The position numbers and the translations under genes are program-made. Below, piece after piece: positions 13,830-27,056 of a stretch of DNA of 64,000 nt (the first letter of the stretch is position 1; every line of letters begins with the position of its first letter). The stretch spans positions 992,001 through 1,056,000 of the forward strand of contig NC_086108.1 of the NCBI RefSeq assembly GCF_963921235.1, given 5' to 3'. The notes under the pieces were generated by a model. That model ran no database searches, was not told where the DNA came from, and saw only the letters and a list, made by a program, of their open reading frames with translations. The stretch comes from Mobula hypostoma (Eukaryota).

Positions 13830-14180
13830 GTGGTGGGGTGGAGATGTGTTTCTACCAAACGAGGTGTAAGGCGCTTCTTCCCTCTGCTAGTCTGCAGGTC
13901 ACCCTTGGGCAAGGTGTAACACCCCCACCCCCAAGCAGGGTCATGTGAAGCCATCGGAACAGATGGTGCAGATCACAAGTCCTGGTTATGTGACCACTGA
14001 TGCCAGGCGGACAATCTCTGAAGAGTATCGATAATGGCTGGGGTCACCCGTCTTGTAAAGACACTGCCCAGAAGAAGGCAATGGCAAACCAGTTCTGTAG
14101 AAAAAATTGCCAAAAACAATCATGGTCATGGACGGACCATGATCGCCTACATCATATGACAGGGCACATAATGAATGAGC
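13830..14180 (+). mobile_element. SINE-like element with RTE/BovB-type 3' end
   Basis: agaaggcaatggcaaacca motif resembling RTE-related tails; short (aatg)n end. Confidence 0.5.
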
Positions 14181-17100
14181 AAACCTTATCTATAAACTTG
14201 TGTTGAGTTTTTCTCCCCACAACCTGCTATAGGTCTGGTACCCTTTATGACAGCTTGCCTGGCACTGTGGCACGCTAGTGTGGTTAGCACAATGCCTAAC
14301 GGACAGGAGCCTGTGTTCTCCCAATGACCGCATGGGTCTCCTCCAGTTGCTCTGGTTTCCGCCCACACTTCAAAGACAGGTTAATTGATCATTTGTAAAT
14401 TGTTCCAAGATTAGGTTAGGGTTAAATCCGGCTCAAAGGGCTGGAAAGTCCTGTTCCATGCTGTGTGTCTCTCTTAAAGTCATAGAAGATTACAGCATAG
14501 AAAAAGGGCCTTTGGCCCATCTAGTCCATGCCAAACCATGTCTGTGAAAAGAAAAAGAACTCAGCAAATCAGGCAGCATCTATGGGGGGCCGGGGGGTGG
14601 GGGAGTAGGCAGTCTACGTTACGTTTCTGGCCAAGACCCTTTTTAAGGACTTTTTGGCCCAAAACTTTGACTGTTTACTCCCCTTGATAGATGTAGCATG
14701 AGTTGCTGAGTTCCTCCAGCATTTTGTGTGTGTGGTAAGATTTTCAGCATCTGCCGAACTTCTTGTTTATGTGACTTACTATGCTGTTGGATGTATGAGT
14801 GGCCCTGTTAGTCAACTCTACACGTATGCTTTATCTTTTGACTTTAGCAGTTGGTGTGGCTTCACTAACCAAGCATGTGGACAGATCTCTCCTGCGGTAA
14901 CTTCCCAAAACCCAGTCTAACTGTGTGCTCAAATGGATGGTATGCAAAACAAGGTCACTGACACAAGAGACGGTGGCAGTAATTGTACCTCAATTGGCAA
15001 CCGTCGAGGATCTGTGCTCTAAGTTCCCTTTACTAAATATCTTTGCCTTTCTGTTGTTTTTAACGCTTCTCAAACACAGCCTCTTCAACTTAGTTTTTGA
15101 AGGTCGAGTTTGAAGGCAAAATTTGGGGGCGACACAGTAGCATAAAGGTTAGCACAATGTGGTCAGTACCAACAACCCAGGTTCAGTTCCTGCCACTGCC
15201 TGTAAGGAGTTTGTACTTTCTCCCCGTGACTGTGTGGGTTTCCTCCCACAGTCCAAAGATGTACCGGTTGGTAGGTTAATTGGTCGTTGTAAATTAGTCA
15301 TGATTAGGCTAGGGCTAAGTTGAAGGTTGCTGTTATCATGGCTAGAAGGGCCTGTTCCGTGCTCTGTCTCAATACATAAGTAATTAAGGATACAGGGTTA
15401 ATGGCAGGTTCTTGGCAGTGTGGAGGAAAAGAGGGATCTTAGGGTCTAGATCCATAGATCCCTTAAAGTTGCCACACTAGTTGATAGGATTGCTAAGAAA
15501 GTGTATGGTGTTTTGGCCTTCATTAGTTGGTGATTGACTTCAAGAGTTAGGAGGTATATAAAACCCTGGTTGGACCACACTTGGACTATTGTGTTCCGTT
15601 CTGGTTGTCTTATTATGGGAAGGATGTGGAAGCTTTAGAGAGGATGCAAAGGAGATTTACCAGGATGCTGCCTAGATTTTGCTGTGGTCTCTTACACTGC
15701 AGGAAGAGGTGTTTCAGTCCCTTTCCTCCATGTTTTTGCTGATCAACGACTAACCATGACCTAGTCTCCCTGGCCTTCCAAGAACTGATTTCAGATATTT
15801 ATTCCTTTCCAAATGCTGTTGGGTTTTTTTGCTCCCATTGTTCCAGCAATGCCCCTGTATCTTGTTACACACTCAGTGTTCAGTGGGTAACAACGAGGGT
15901 TGCTTGGAATCTGAGATTTGCTGTCCGAGTGGGTGGAAGAGGCAGAGAGACTCTCAGCATCTAAGGAGCACGTGCTGAAGTACAGGAGAGCTCTGAGTAA
16001 GTACTGGATAATTGGGAGTATTGTGAGCAGTTTTGGCCCACTTATCTAAGAAGCAATGTGCTAGCATTGGAGAGGGTTCAGAGAAGGTTCACAAGAGTGT
16101 CCTGAGAATGAAAGGGTTAGTATTTGAGTAGTGTGTGATACTCACAGGAGTTTAGAAGAATGGGGGTGTGGGAGGAGATCTCAGTGGGACCTATCGAATA
16201 TTGAAAGGAAATATCCTCTCTATATCCACTTTATTTATGCCCTAGATAGAGTGGATGTGGAGAGGATATTTCCTCTACTGGGAGAGTCTAGTACCAGAGG
16301 GCACAACCTCAGAATAGAGGGACGTCCATTTAGAACAGAGATGAGGAGGAATTTCTTTAGCCAGCGGCTGGTGAATCTGTGGAATTCATTCCCACTGATG
16401 ACTGTAGAGGCCAAGTCTTTGAGTTGAAAAGTTCTTGATCAGTTATGGGGAGAAGGCAGGAGGAAGACATTGAAGGGGAGAATAAACCAGTCATGATGGA
16501 ACAGCACTTGGTGAGCCAGATGGCCTAATTCTATTTCTATGTCCTATGGTTTTATGATATAAATAGAGCCAATAGACAGCAGATGCTGGAATCTGGTACA
16601 ATGTACAATCTGCTGGAGGAACTTGGTGGAGGAGAGAGGATTTGTTAACGTTTCGGGTCAAAACGCAAGGCCTGATTCAGGATTTCTCCCTGAGCCGTCA
16701 ACAATTGTCCTCCTCTGACAGGTTCTGCTCAACCTCCTGAATTCCTCCCACGCGTTATCGCCAAAGTAAGCTGCTGGCTACTGAACTGCTAGGCTGGAGA
16801 GCCTGTTTCTGATCTCTGTCTCTGTGAATTTGTGCCACCTTCACCTGTAGTGGAATACTGGAATGGCAAAGCTTACAGGTACACTTGGCCGGTCAGGCGG
16901 TGTCTGTGGAGAGGAAAGCAGAGTCTTTAGTTCAGATCATCGACACTTTTCTCCAACAAAGTGACTTTTGGTGCTTTTTGCTCTTTTTTATTTCAGATTT
17001 CCTGCACCTGCAGTCTTTTGCTTTTCCTTCAGTAGTAAGGCCATAGGACACAGGAATTAGACCTTTTAGGTCATCAGATCTGCTCCACCATTCCATCATG

Positions 17101-17582
17101 GCTGATTTATTTTCCCGTTCAACCCCATTCTCTGCCTTCTCCCCGTAAGCTTTAACACCCTGCTTTAAATACCCCAATGACTTGGCCTCCATAGCTGTCT
17201 GTGGCAATGAATTCCTCAGATTCACCACCCTTTTCTTCCTCATCTCTGTTTTAAAGTGAAGTCCCTCTGTTCTAAGGCTGTGCCCTTTGGTCCTAGGTTC
17301 CCCCATCATAGGAAACATCCTCTATCAAGGCCTTTCAGTATTTAGTGAGTTTCATAGCGATCCCCTCGCCCCATCATCCTACCGAACTCAATTGAGTACA
17401 GGCCCAGAGACAGCAAATGCCCCAGAGGCCGTCAAGCTATTGGGTAGACTGTGCTCCTCTGGGGGTTTTAGGTTGGAATTGTTCCCAGGTCCCAGCAACA
17501 GCTGCTGTCTGGTCTATGCCAAGTGTTCACCAGTTCTATGTCCCAGCCCGCTAATTTTCTCCTCTCCTTTCACTCCCCAAAG

Positions 17583-17610
17583 GTCGTGATTACAGCAGTT
17601 CATCACGGAG
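17583..17610 (+). CDS. CLASRP: CLASRP penultimate coding exon (28 nt, phase 1 to phase 2)
   Basis: Branch-like ctaat at 17551, pyrimidine tract, aag acceptor, gtaagc donor; encodes (x)RDYSSSSR(R), matching the vertebrate CLASRP C-terminus as I recall it (SREYSSSRRRSRSRSRSPHYRH). Confidence 0.8.
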
Positions 17611-18420
17611 GTAAGCGAAGCCATTGCTCGTGCCACTGGCCATGTCCTCTCACTCTGTCTGAGGCCTCTGCACTCTGTCACCTCATCTCCCCTCTTGGGT
17701 GTTGGGGGTGTTAGTTTGGGCGGGTCAGTTTCTGGTCCTGGAACTGGTGGTGGTGAGGGTCCCGTACTCCTCCTCCCACTCTCCTGCACCTTCCATCCTG
17801 TCCCTGCTGTGTGTACACGCTGCTGTCGGCAAGATTGAACAAGATCTAGGGTGTAGGTCTGGCCACGATGAGCCCTCCCCCTTTCTCCGGGGCTTGGTTT
17901 CAGCCGCTCACCCAACTGCTGTCCTCTGTTCACCACTATCTTCCCCTCTCCTTCCGTCTTGTCCCTCATCCACCATCTTATCGCTCCCTGCCTTCTTTCT
18001 TTCTATTCCCCTCTGCCTTCCTTTCTATTCCCTTCCCTTCCTGCCAATTTCCTTCCTCTTCCCTTCCCACTTCTCCCCCGCACCTTCCCCCTTCGTCCAC
18101 CCTCGCCCTCCCTTCAGCCTTTCACCTCCTCCTTCCACTTCTCACTCTTTACCTCCTTGCTATTTCCTTTCCTTCTGTCTTCCCTCCCTCTCCTTGCCCC
18201 CTCCTTACCCCTTCTACAATCCAGCTCAGCTGTCTCTGCCTGACTTCACCCAGAAGATCAGAGGTCACTGGTGGTCATAATGTTAAAGGCCATTCAGCCC
18301 ACATTGTCCCTGCTCTTCCTCCATCCGCCCATCTTCAGCAAACGGTTCAGTGTTTTGTGGTGAAGGTTAAGACAGGAATTGATTTCAGCGAGCACACCAT
18401 GCAATCATCTTATTTTCCAG

Positions 18421-18463
18421 GCGTTCTCGTTCGCATTCGAGGAGCCCGCACCACCGCCATTAG
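18421..18463 (+). CDS. CLASRP: CLASRP terminal coding exon
   Basis: Acceptor tcttattttccag; splicing phase fits exon 17583-17610 (AG|G); encodes RSRSHSRSPHHRH then TAG at 18461-18463. Confidence 0.82.
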
Positions 18464-19995
18464 AGACGGCAGAAATCTCCGGTTACTGTTCCTTAGAACC
18501 ACGTGATGACCCGGCACCGTCTGCTAGAACAGGAGGAGCCAGATGTGCGTGCGTGTGTGTGTGTGTGTATGTATGTGCATGTGGTATGCACATCAATAGA
18601 ATCCAACAATTAGTTTCAGCTTCTCCTTCCTACCGCAATGTGAACCACCAGGAGCTGGAACCTACTGGGATGTGTAGTTGCCAGCTGTCTCCCGGAGCAC
18701 TGACGGACAGACTGGCTGGATGGAAGTACCTGCAATCATCGCTGTTTCTCCAGCAGGCCTTCAGCTCCAGTCAGTGTTGGCAACTTTGTAGTGCAGTTGT
18801 GTGAGTGCACAAACAATACATTTATGTGTGCATGCAAGTGAGTGTGTATGTGTGTGTGTTGTTGTTGAAGCCCACATTCTGCGCTCCCCCTGTACTGTGT
18901 TGTGGTTCGATGGAGGTGCCCCCAGCTTGCAGGGTCATGTACCCTCAAGTGAATATACATCTTTGAGCCTCCCCAGAGACCAGGCAATGTGACCGGCACC
19001 TGCTTGTCATAGTGCTGACTGCCACATTGAGTAATGTTTGGTTTTCCTTTCGCACTGATGGACTCAGATAGTTTCTTCCCCTGCCCCCGCCCCTCCCCAG
19101 CTGACTCAGTTGCCTGGGACTATTCCTCCTCCCAATGCTAGTGGTATCTTGTGTCCGGGGCCATCCTGGAGTCCAAGTGGGACTTGCATCCATCCGGGTA
19201 AGTCTCCTGTGGCCCAACTCGGTCGGCAGCCACTGTCCACTGTGTGCACAGGCACCCCACTCCAGCAGGCCAGCTTCCCCTGAGTAACCTGGGCAATGAA
19301 TCCCTGTAACAACGCTCCACGGACCAGACAGGAAACAAAGATGCACAGGAACTAGCTGCTTCGGCACCCTAGATTGGGGGCCGCTCTTGGAGGAAGCACC
19401 TGTCTTGGTTTGGACGATGTGGGTTTGTCCGACAGTCACGCCTGTCGGTCTATTTTTAAAAAGAAACTTTTTTTCTAGAAGACCATCCTTAGTGTTTGTG
19501 AGCAGAAGTTTTATCATGGTCAGCCCAACCCCAGACAGGGATCTCTGAAACTTATAGCTGTGTAAGAGGTGCCAACTCTGCCCATTTATCCTCTCTGAAC
19601 ATGATTACTGTGCCAGCTTACTTGGTATCTCAAACACTGCCTTGGGATTAAATTCCACTCCGTCTGCAAGTTTGACACTTCTCACATAGATCCCACACTT
19701 TCCATCCTCTTTGTTGGCCTAAGTAACTCTGGTTGTATTAACAAGTGGGTTTGCATTTATTCAGTCTCTAATCAACCCAGGGAGGGCTCTTCTCATGAAC
19801 CTGCAACACTGTGGTCTTATATTCTCGCTGTACTCATCACTCCTGTGGGAGATCTGTTTCTGATCAAACACTCTTTGGAGGCAAACGTTAAAACTTTCTA
19901 TGGAGTTTGTCTTGTACAGTTTGTAATTTTTCCTGCAGTTTCTGTAAATTTATCTACTTTAACAAAAATAAAAGTTTTTCTTATCAGATGTCACT
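18464..19995 (+). other. CLASRP: Probable CLASRP 3'UTR
   Basis: ~1.5 kb with no recognisable TE in an otherwise TE-saturated window; becomes T-rich and ends near AATAAA. Confidence 0.65.
19967..19972 (+). terminator. Polyadenylation signal AATAAA
   Basis: Canonical hexamer with upstream TGTA motifs and a downstream T/GT-rich tract (tactttttgtct); TEs resume soon after. Confidence 0.65.
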
Positions 19996-20204
19996 ACTTT
20001 TTGTCTGAAGTAAAGTTCTAGTTTAATGAAATAGCTGCATACGTTGCTACTACACAGCTCATACATACATTGTCCCATCACACAGTCCTGGGGCAGTGAC
20101 GGCCCAGATAAGCATAGTGATGCTCCCTCTAAACTGTCCCAGGGAAGGGACGGCCCAGGATAAACGCAGTGGTGCTGCCTGTCTACTGTCCCTCAGTTCT
20201 GAAA

Positions 20205-22330
20205 CCTCCTCCCTGCTCTTGCTAATTTGATGCCCTTGCTAATCAATCTCTGCTTTAAATATACCCACTGACTTGGCCTCCACAGGTGTCGGTGATAATG
20301 AATTCCACAGATTCCCACCCTCTGGGTAAAGAAATGCCTTTTCATCTCGTTTTTAAAGGGATGTTGTTCCTTCTGATCGTTGACTCTTCCTCTATCCAGA
20401 CCTTTCAATATGTGATCGGTTTCAGTGAGATCCCCCTCATTCTTCTAAACTCCAGCAAGTACGGGGCCAGAGCTATCAAATGCTCCTCGTACATTAACCC
20501 TTTCATTCCTGGAATCATTTTTGTGAAGCTCCTCTGGACCCTCTATAATGTCCGCACATCCTTTCTTAGATAAAGAGACCCAAACTGCTCGCAGTTCTCC
20601 TTGTGCAGTCTGACCAATGCCTTATAAAGCCTCAGCATTACATCCTTGCTTTTGTATTATAGTTCTCTCAAGATTAGTGCTAACAGTGAACAATGCCTTC
20701 ATCAGCACTGACTCAACCTGCGAGTTAAACTTTAGAGAATCCTTCACAGGGGACACCCACATTCCTTTGCACACCGAAGTTTTGAATTTTCTCCCCATTT
20801 ACAAAATAGTCCACTCCTTTATTCCTTCAGTCGGTGCACGACCATACACTTCCCCACAGTATGTCCCATCTGCCACTTTTTTTGCCCATTTCCCCAATCT
20901 GTCTAAATCCCACAGACACCAACACTACCTGCCCTTTCACCTATCTTTGTATCTTCTACAAGGTAGTCAAAAAGCCATCAATTCCTTTATCCAAATCATT
21001 GACATATACGGTAATGTGAAAAGAAGGTGTCCCAATACTGACCCCCTGCTGAACACCTGTCACCAGCAGTCAATCAGAAAAGGCCCATTTTATTCCCACT
21101 GCTTCCTGCAGTCAGTCAATCTATCCATTCTAGTACCTTTCCTGTAATGGGCTCTTCTAAAACACCCTCATGTGCGGCACCTTGTCAAAGACTGGAAAAT
21201 CCAAGTTGTATTCGGTGTCATGTATGTACGTTTGTACTTTGATAATTACTTTCAACTTTGAACTTTGTTATCTGGCCCATTATTTCCACAAGGAATTCCA
21301 ACAGATTTGTCAGGCAAGATTTAGAAATAGAAAACCTACAGCACAATACAGGCCCTTCGGCCCACAATGCTGTGCTGAACATGTACTTTAGAAATTACCA
21401 AGGGTTTCCCATAGCCCTCTATTTTCCTAAGCTCCATGTACCTATCCAGGAGTCTCTTAAAAGACCCTATTGTATCTGCCTCCACCACCGTCACCAGCAG
21501 CCCATTCCATGCACTCACCACTGCATAAAAAAACACCCCTGACATCTCCGTAACACACATCAAAGTTGCTGTTGAACGCAGCAGGCCAGGCAGCATCTCT
21601 AGGAAGAGGAACAGTCGACGTTTCAGGCCAAGACCCTTCGTCAGGAGTCCGAAGGGTCTTGGCCTGAAACGTCGACTGTACCTCTTCCTAGAGATGCTGG
21701 GGTCTTGGCCTGCTGCGTTCACCAGCAACTTTGATGTGTGTTGCTTGAATTTCCAGCATCTGCAGAATTCCTGTTGTTTGCATCCTGACATCTCTGTACC
21801 TGTTTCCAAGCACCTTAAAACTGTGCCCTCTCGTGCTAGCCATTTCAGCCCTGGGAAAAAGCCTTTGACTATCCACACGATCCAATGCCTCTCGTCATCT
21901 TATACACTTCTATCCGCTACCACTTCAAGGAGAAAAGGCTGAGTTCACTCAACTTATTCTCATAAGGCAAGTTCCCCAATCCCCTTAAGAAAATTATACT
22001 GACTTGTTGCTCACTATTTTTGAATGTTTCTGCACGGTGGCCCCAGAGGAACACCATCTCATTCAGCTGTATCTATGTATGGTTTGAATGATAATAAAAC
22101 TAGATTTGATTTGACCTTGGCCTATCTTATCATGTGCCTTCAAGTACCCCAAAACCTTATCCTTAGTAATCTTCCCAACCAATGAAGTAGGCTATGTGGC
22201 CTATAATTTTCTTTCTTCTTCCTTCTTAAGGAGTGGAGTGACATTTGCAATTTTCCAGTCCTTGGGAACCTTTCCGAATCTGGTGATTCTTGATAGATCA
22301 TTACTAATGCCTCCACTATCTCTTCGGCTT
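20205..22330 (-). mobile_element. Degenerate CR1 LINE with nested CR1 tail and Penelope-derived insert
   Basis: Reverse-strand RT motifs (tgtgcggcaccttgtcaaa = FDKVPH) with many indels; nested CR1 3' end ~21320-21985. Confidence 0.7.
21553..21783. mobile_element. Fold-back Penelope-derived short element with hammerhead motif
   Basis: ~90-bp inverted arms around a 9-nt spacer at ~21641-21649; 15-bp TSD cctgacatctc(c/t)gta at 21538-21552 and 21784-21798. Confidence 0.8.
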
Positions 22331-22399
22331 CTATGAAAGCAAGTTAAACAGATTATCCATACCTCTCCATTCCCTGTCTGTTCACCTATCTGCTTTCTT

Positions 22400-22800
22400 A
22401 CTCATTTATTGCCCATTATACCATTGGTGTTTCGGGCAGCAGTGAAGGTCCTCCATCTCTGGTGGTGTTCAGGCCTCCCTTCATCATGTCAGTAGCTTCC
22501 TCTCGGTTTTCGCTACTGGCCCAGGTGGAGACTGGGGAATATTATTGCACTCAGATGTAGAAGGATTCCTCATTGCTGTTTTCGTAACAGTTATGTCTTA
22601 CCATTCAGGGTTGTTAGCCCTGAGCTGAACCCCCGAACCTGGAGGACTGGTGGATCACTCTCAGTTTGGCCTCTGCCCTTTGATCTATTTAACCCTACCA
22701 AGAGCCAAGCATAAAGCCCTGATTCCAACCAACATAGCTCTTTGGATTATTGAGGCAAACAAGCCTCCAAACCACGACGAAGTTGTGGTCCTCTTGGAGG
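22400..22800 (-). mobile_element. Short non-autonomous RTE-like element
   Basis: Minus strand begins cttcgtcgtggtttggaggcttgtttgcctcaat, resembling RTE 5' ends; a second, internally deleted copy lies at ~29030-29330. Confidence 0.5.
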
Positions 22801-23469
22801 ATGTATCTGTCTAAAAGTGTCTTAAACAGCACCATTGTATCTGCTTCCTCCACTTTCCCTGGCAGTGCATAACTTGCCCTGCGTCTCCTTTAAACTTTCC
22901 CCGCTTTCACCTTAAACCCAGTCCCTCCAGTTAGCCTAATTTCTACCTGTAGTAAGATCTGACTGTCTTGTCTACCACTGTCTTTCATAATTGTATAATC
23001 TTCTAGGTCTTCCCTTGGGCTCTGATGTGTAGAGCAAGCAATGTGTTGGCACAACCTCCCCTTGGATCAACCTTTGCTGAATCAGACAGTAGAACAAAGA
23101 ACGTAGAAGGATACAGCACAGGAACAGGCCCCTCTGTACACAATGTTGTGCTGAACCGACGAAACAGTAAAAACTAATCCCTCCTACCTACACAATGTCC
23201 ATATCCCTCCACCTTTCTCAACAGTAAATAAAAAAAAACAACAAATCCCTCCTACCTACACAATGTCCATATCCCTCCACTTTCCTCATATTCTTGTGCC
23301 GATCCAAGCATCCTAATGTGTTTGCTTCTACCACCATACCAGGCAGCACATTCCAGCACTCTCTTGAGTAAAAAAAAATTACTCCTCATATCCCTCTTGA
23401 ACCTACCCCCACCTCCCTCACCTTCAATGCATGTCCTCTGGTATTAGATATTTCAACCCAATTTCTACA

Positions 23470-25155
23470 AAATAGGCCCTCTGGAAGATCAGAATGGTAA
23501 TTATCCGTGGAATCAAAAGAGATGGGAAGATTTTAAAATGATTTTTTGCATCTGTATTAACTCAGGAGATGGACGCAAAGTCTAGAGAACTGAGGCAAAG
23601 CAGCATGAGTTCCATGGTCCCCACACAGATTACAGAGGAGGAGGTGTTTGCTGTCTTGAGGCAAATTAGGGTAGATAAATCCCTAGGGCCTGACAAGGTG
23701 TTGCCTCGGACACCGTGGGAGGCAAGTGCAAAAATTGTCAGGGCCTTAGCAGAGCTATTTAAATCATCCTTAGTGACAGATGAGGTACCAGAGGCTTGGA
23801 CTATAGCCAATGTTGTTCCGGTTTTAAGAAGGGCTCTAAAAATAAACCAGAAAATTATAGGCTGCTGAACCAGACAGTGGTGGGGAAGTTAGTGGAAGAT
23901 ATTCTAAGGGACTGGATATATTAGTATTTGGATAGACAGGGACTAATTAGAGATAGTCAGCATGGCTTTGTGTGTGGTAGGCTAACCAATCTTATCAAGT
24001 TTTTCAAGGGAGTTACCAGGAAAGGTGACGAAGGCAAGGCAGTGGATGTTGTCCATATGGACTTTAGCAGGGCATTTGACAAGGTCCCATATAGAAGGTT
24101 TTTCAAGAAGATTCAGTTGCTTGCCATTCAAGATGAGATAGTAATTTGGATTACATGTTGGTTTTGTAGGAGAAGCCAATGAGTGTTAGCAAATAGTTGC
24201 TTCTTGACTGGAGGTCCATGACTAGTGGAGTAGCGCAGGGAACAGTGCTGGGTCCGTTGTTGTTAATCAATGATTTGGATGATAATGTGGTTAACTGGGT
24301 TAGCAAATTTGCGAATGACACCAAGATTGAGGGTCAGTGAGGAAGACTAGCAGAGCTTGCAGTAGGATCTGGACCAGCTGGGAAAATGACAAATGGAATT
24401 TAATACAGACAAGTGTGAGCTGCTGTACTTTAGTACAACCAACCTGGGTAGGTCTTCAATGCGGTATAACAGAGGGATCTGGGAATATTGATCCATAATT
24501 CCTCGAAAGTGGTGTCACATGTAGACAGTGTTGTAAAGAAAGCTTTTGGCACATTGACCTTCATAAATCAAGTATTGAGTACAGGAGATGGGATGTTATG
24601 CTGAAATTGTATAAGACATTGGAGAGTCCCAATCTGGAGTATTGTGTACAGTTTTGGTCACCGACCTACAGAAAAGATATAAATAAGACTGAAATAGTAC
24701 AGAAAAAAAAAATTACAAGGATGGTGCTGGGTCTAGAGGACCTGAATTACAAGGAAAGATTGAATAGGTAGGACTTTATTCATTGGAACGTAGCAGACTG
24801 ACATCTTTGACAGAGGTATACAAAATTATGAGGGGTATAGATAGGGTTAATGCAAGCAGGCTTTTTCCACTGAGGTTCAGTGGGACTACAACTAGAGGTC
24901 ATGGGTTAAGGGTGAAAGGTTACATACTTAAAGGGAATATGAGGGAGAACCTTTTCACTCAGAGGGTGGTGAGAGTGTGGAACGAGCTGCCAGCACAAAT
25001 GGTGCATGTGAACTCAGTTTCAATGTTTAAGAGAATTTTAGCTGGGTGCAAGGTTGGTAGGGGTGTGGAGAGCTATGGTCCTGGGGCAGGTCGATGGGAG
25101 TGGGCAGTTTAAATGGTTTTCGGACAGATGGGCCAAAGGGCCTGTTTCTGTGCTG
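23470..25155 (+). mobile_element. Degenerate CR1 LINE ORF2 3' half
   Basis: Fragmented ORFs with VDKSLGPD, DSQHGF, VDVVHMDFSRAFDKVP, FTQRVVRVWNELP; many stops and frameshifts. Confidence 0.85.
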
Positions 25156-27056
25156 AAGTGCTCAATAACTCTAAACACAGATTGATGGAGGGAGAGAGAC
25201 AGACAGACAGACGGATAGCAAAAGAACAGCTGGCCATGGTCAATGAGTATGTAGGACATTCCTGGACTGTCAGCAAAAAGATAACGGATAGATGCCTAGT
25301 TCCTACTAGTGACCATGGCAAGAAGGCAAAGGAATAGGCTGTGGTTGGTGTGTGTGGAGGAAATTCCAGGACCGTCAGTGACAAGGTGACAGATTGGGTC
25401 CTTGCTGCCCACAGTGGCCTTGGGGAGTGCATGCTGACTTGTGGTTGCCCTTATCTCCCTGGGCTGCCATCCTGCAGCAGGATACAGGTGTCAGCCTGGG
25501 GCCCAAAGGCTGCGGGTCTTGAATAACTCCTGCTCTCAGAAAGGCTAGGGGTGACCTCGACTCGATCACCACAGCTGGAACAGGAAGGAGGGACGAGAGG
25601 TTACAGAAAATTTCTGTTCTGTTGCAATATACACAAACTGCTGGTGAAACTCAGCGGGTCAGGCGATATCTATGGAGGGAAATCGACCATTAAGCCCCCA
25701 TTTACAATTAATCCTACACTGATCCCCTTCCTTTCTTCCCCCTCCCCACAGATTGTGGTGTACATCCACACACTAGGATAAATTGCCAATGAAATTAAAA
25801 CTATATGTCTCTAGGATGTAGGTGGAAAGCAGAGCACTCAATGAAACTCACATAGTTAAGTGGAGAACGTGCAAACTCCACACAGACAGCTCCCAAGGTC
25901 AGGTTCAAACCCATGTCTCTGGAGCTGTGGGTCACAGCTGGTGGTTCTGCATAACCAGAAATAAGACCATAAGACATAGAAACAGAATTAGGCCATTTGG
26001 CCCATTGAGTCTGTTTCTCCATTCCATCATGGCTGATTTATTAGCCTCTCAACACCACTCTCCTTCCTTCTTCCCATTATCTTGGACAGTCTGACTAATC
26101 AAGAAACTATCAGCCTCCACTTTAAATATACCCAATAACTTGGCCTCCACAGCCATCTGTAGCAAAGAATTCCACAGATTCACTACCATCTGGCAGAACA
26201 AGTTCCTCCTCATCTCTGTTCTAAAGGGACAACCCCCCACTCTGATGCTGTGTCCTTAGACACCCCTTACTATGGGAAACGTCTTCTCCACACCCACTCT
26301 ATCCGTGTCCTCTGGTCCTAGACTCCCCCACTACAGGAAACATCCTCTCCACATCCACACAATCTAGGCCTTTCAATATTTGATAGGTTTCAATGAGATC
26401 CCTCCTCATTCTTCTAAACTCCAGGGAGTAGAGGCCTGGAGCCATCAAATGCTTCTCATTCCCAGGATCATTCTCATGAGCCTCCTCAATACCAGTACAG
26501 CCCCTCTTAGTTAAAAGTCCAAAACTACTCACAATACCCTAAATGTGGTCTGACCAATGCCTTATAAAGCCTCGACATTACATCCTTGCTCTGATATTCC
26601 AGTTCTCTCAAAGTGAACGCTAACATTGCATTTGCCTTCCTCGCCACCAGCTCAACCTGCAAGTTAACCTTTAGGGAATCCTGCAGAGGACTCTCAAGTC
26701 CTTTTTCCTGGGTCTTCCAGTGATAACGGGAGCATGTAAAACTGTCAGGCCAGGGGTGGCATTAGAGACAGATACATTAGGAGTATTTAGGAAACACATG
26801 GATGATAGAAAAATAGTGGGCTATATAGGAAGGAAGGGTTAGATTGATCTTAGAGTAGGTTAAATGATCAGCAGGATATGGTAGGCCGAAAGATCCTGTC
26901 CTGTGCTGTAGTGCTGTTTGTTTAAAATGCTTGACAAACACTCAAAAGCGTTGGAAGAACAACGGGTCAAGCAGCTTCTACAGAGCAAAATGAATTGTTG
27001 ACATTTCTAGTCAAGACCCTTTATCAGTGAAATGTTTATTTAATTTCCCTCTCATG

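Noticed and set aside
17699..18804. ORFs of 141-212 aa around the CLASRP last exon
   Set aside because: They run through an intronic pyrimidine tract or GT repeats in the wrong frame; the RS frame with splice sites explains the region better
18945..19517. 190-aa antisense ORF in the 3'UTR
   Set aside because: No recognisable motif; this length is plausible by chance in a locally GC-richer UTR
23160..23290. Short tandem duplication (aatccctcctacctacacaatgtccatatccctccac x2); also (ctcagc)n at ~11457-11483
   Set aside because: Ordinary local duplications inside decayed repeats with no sign of function
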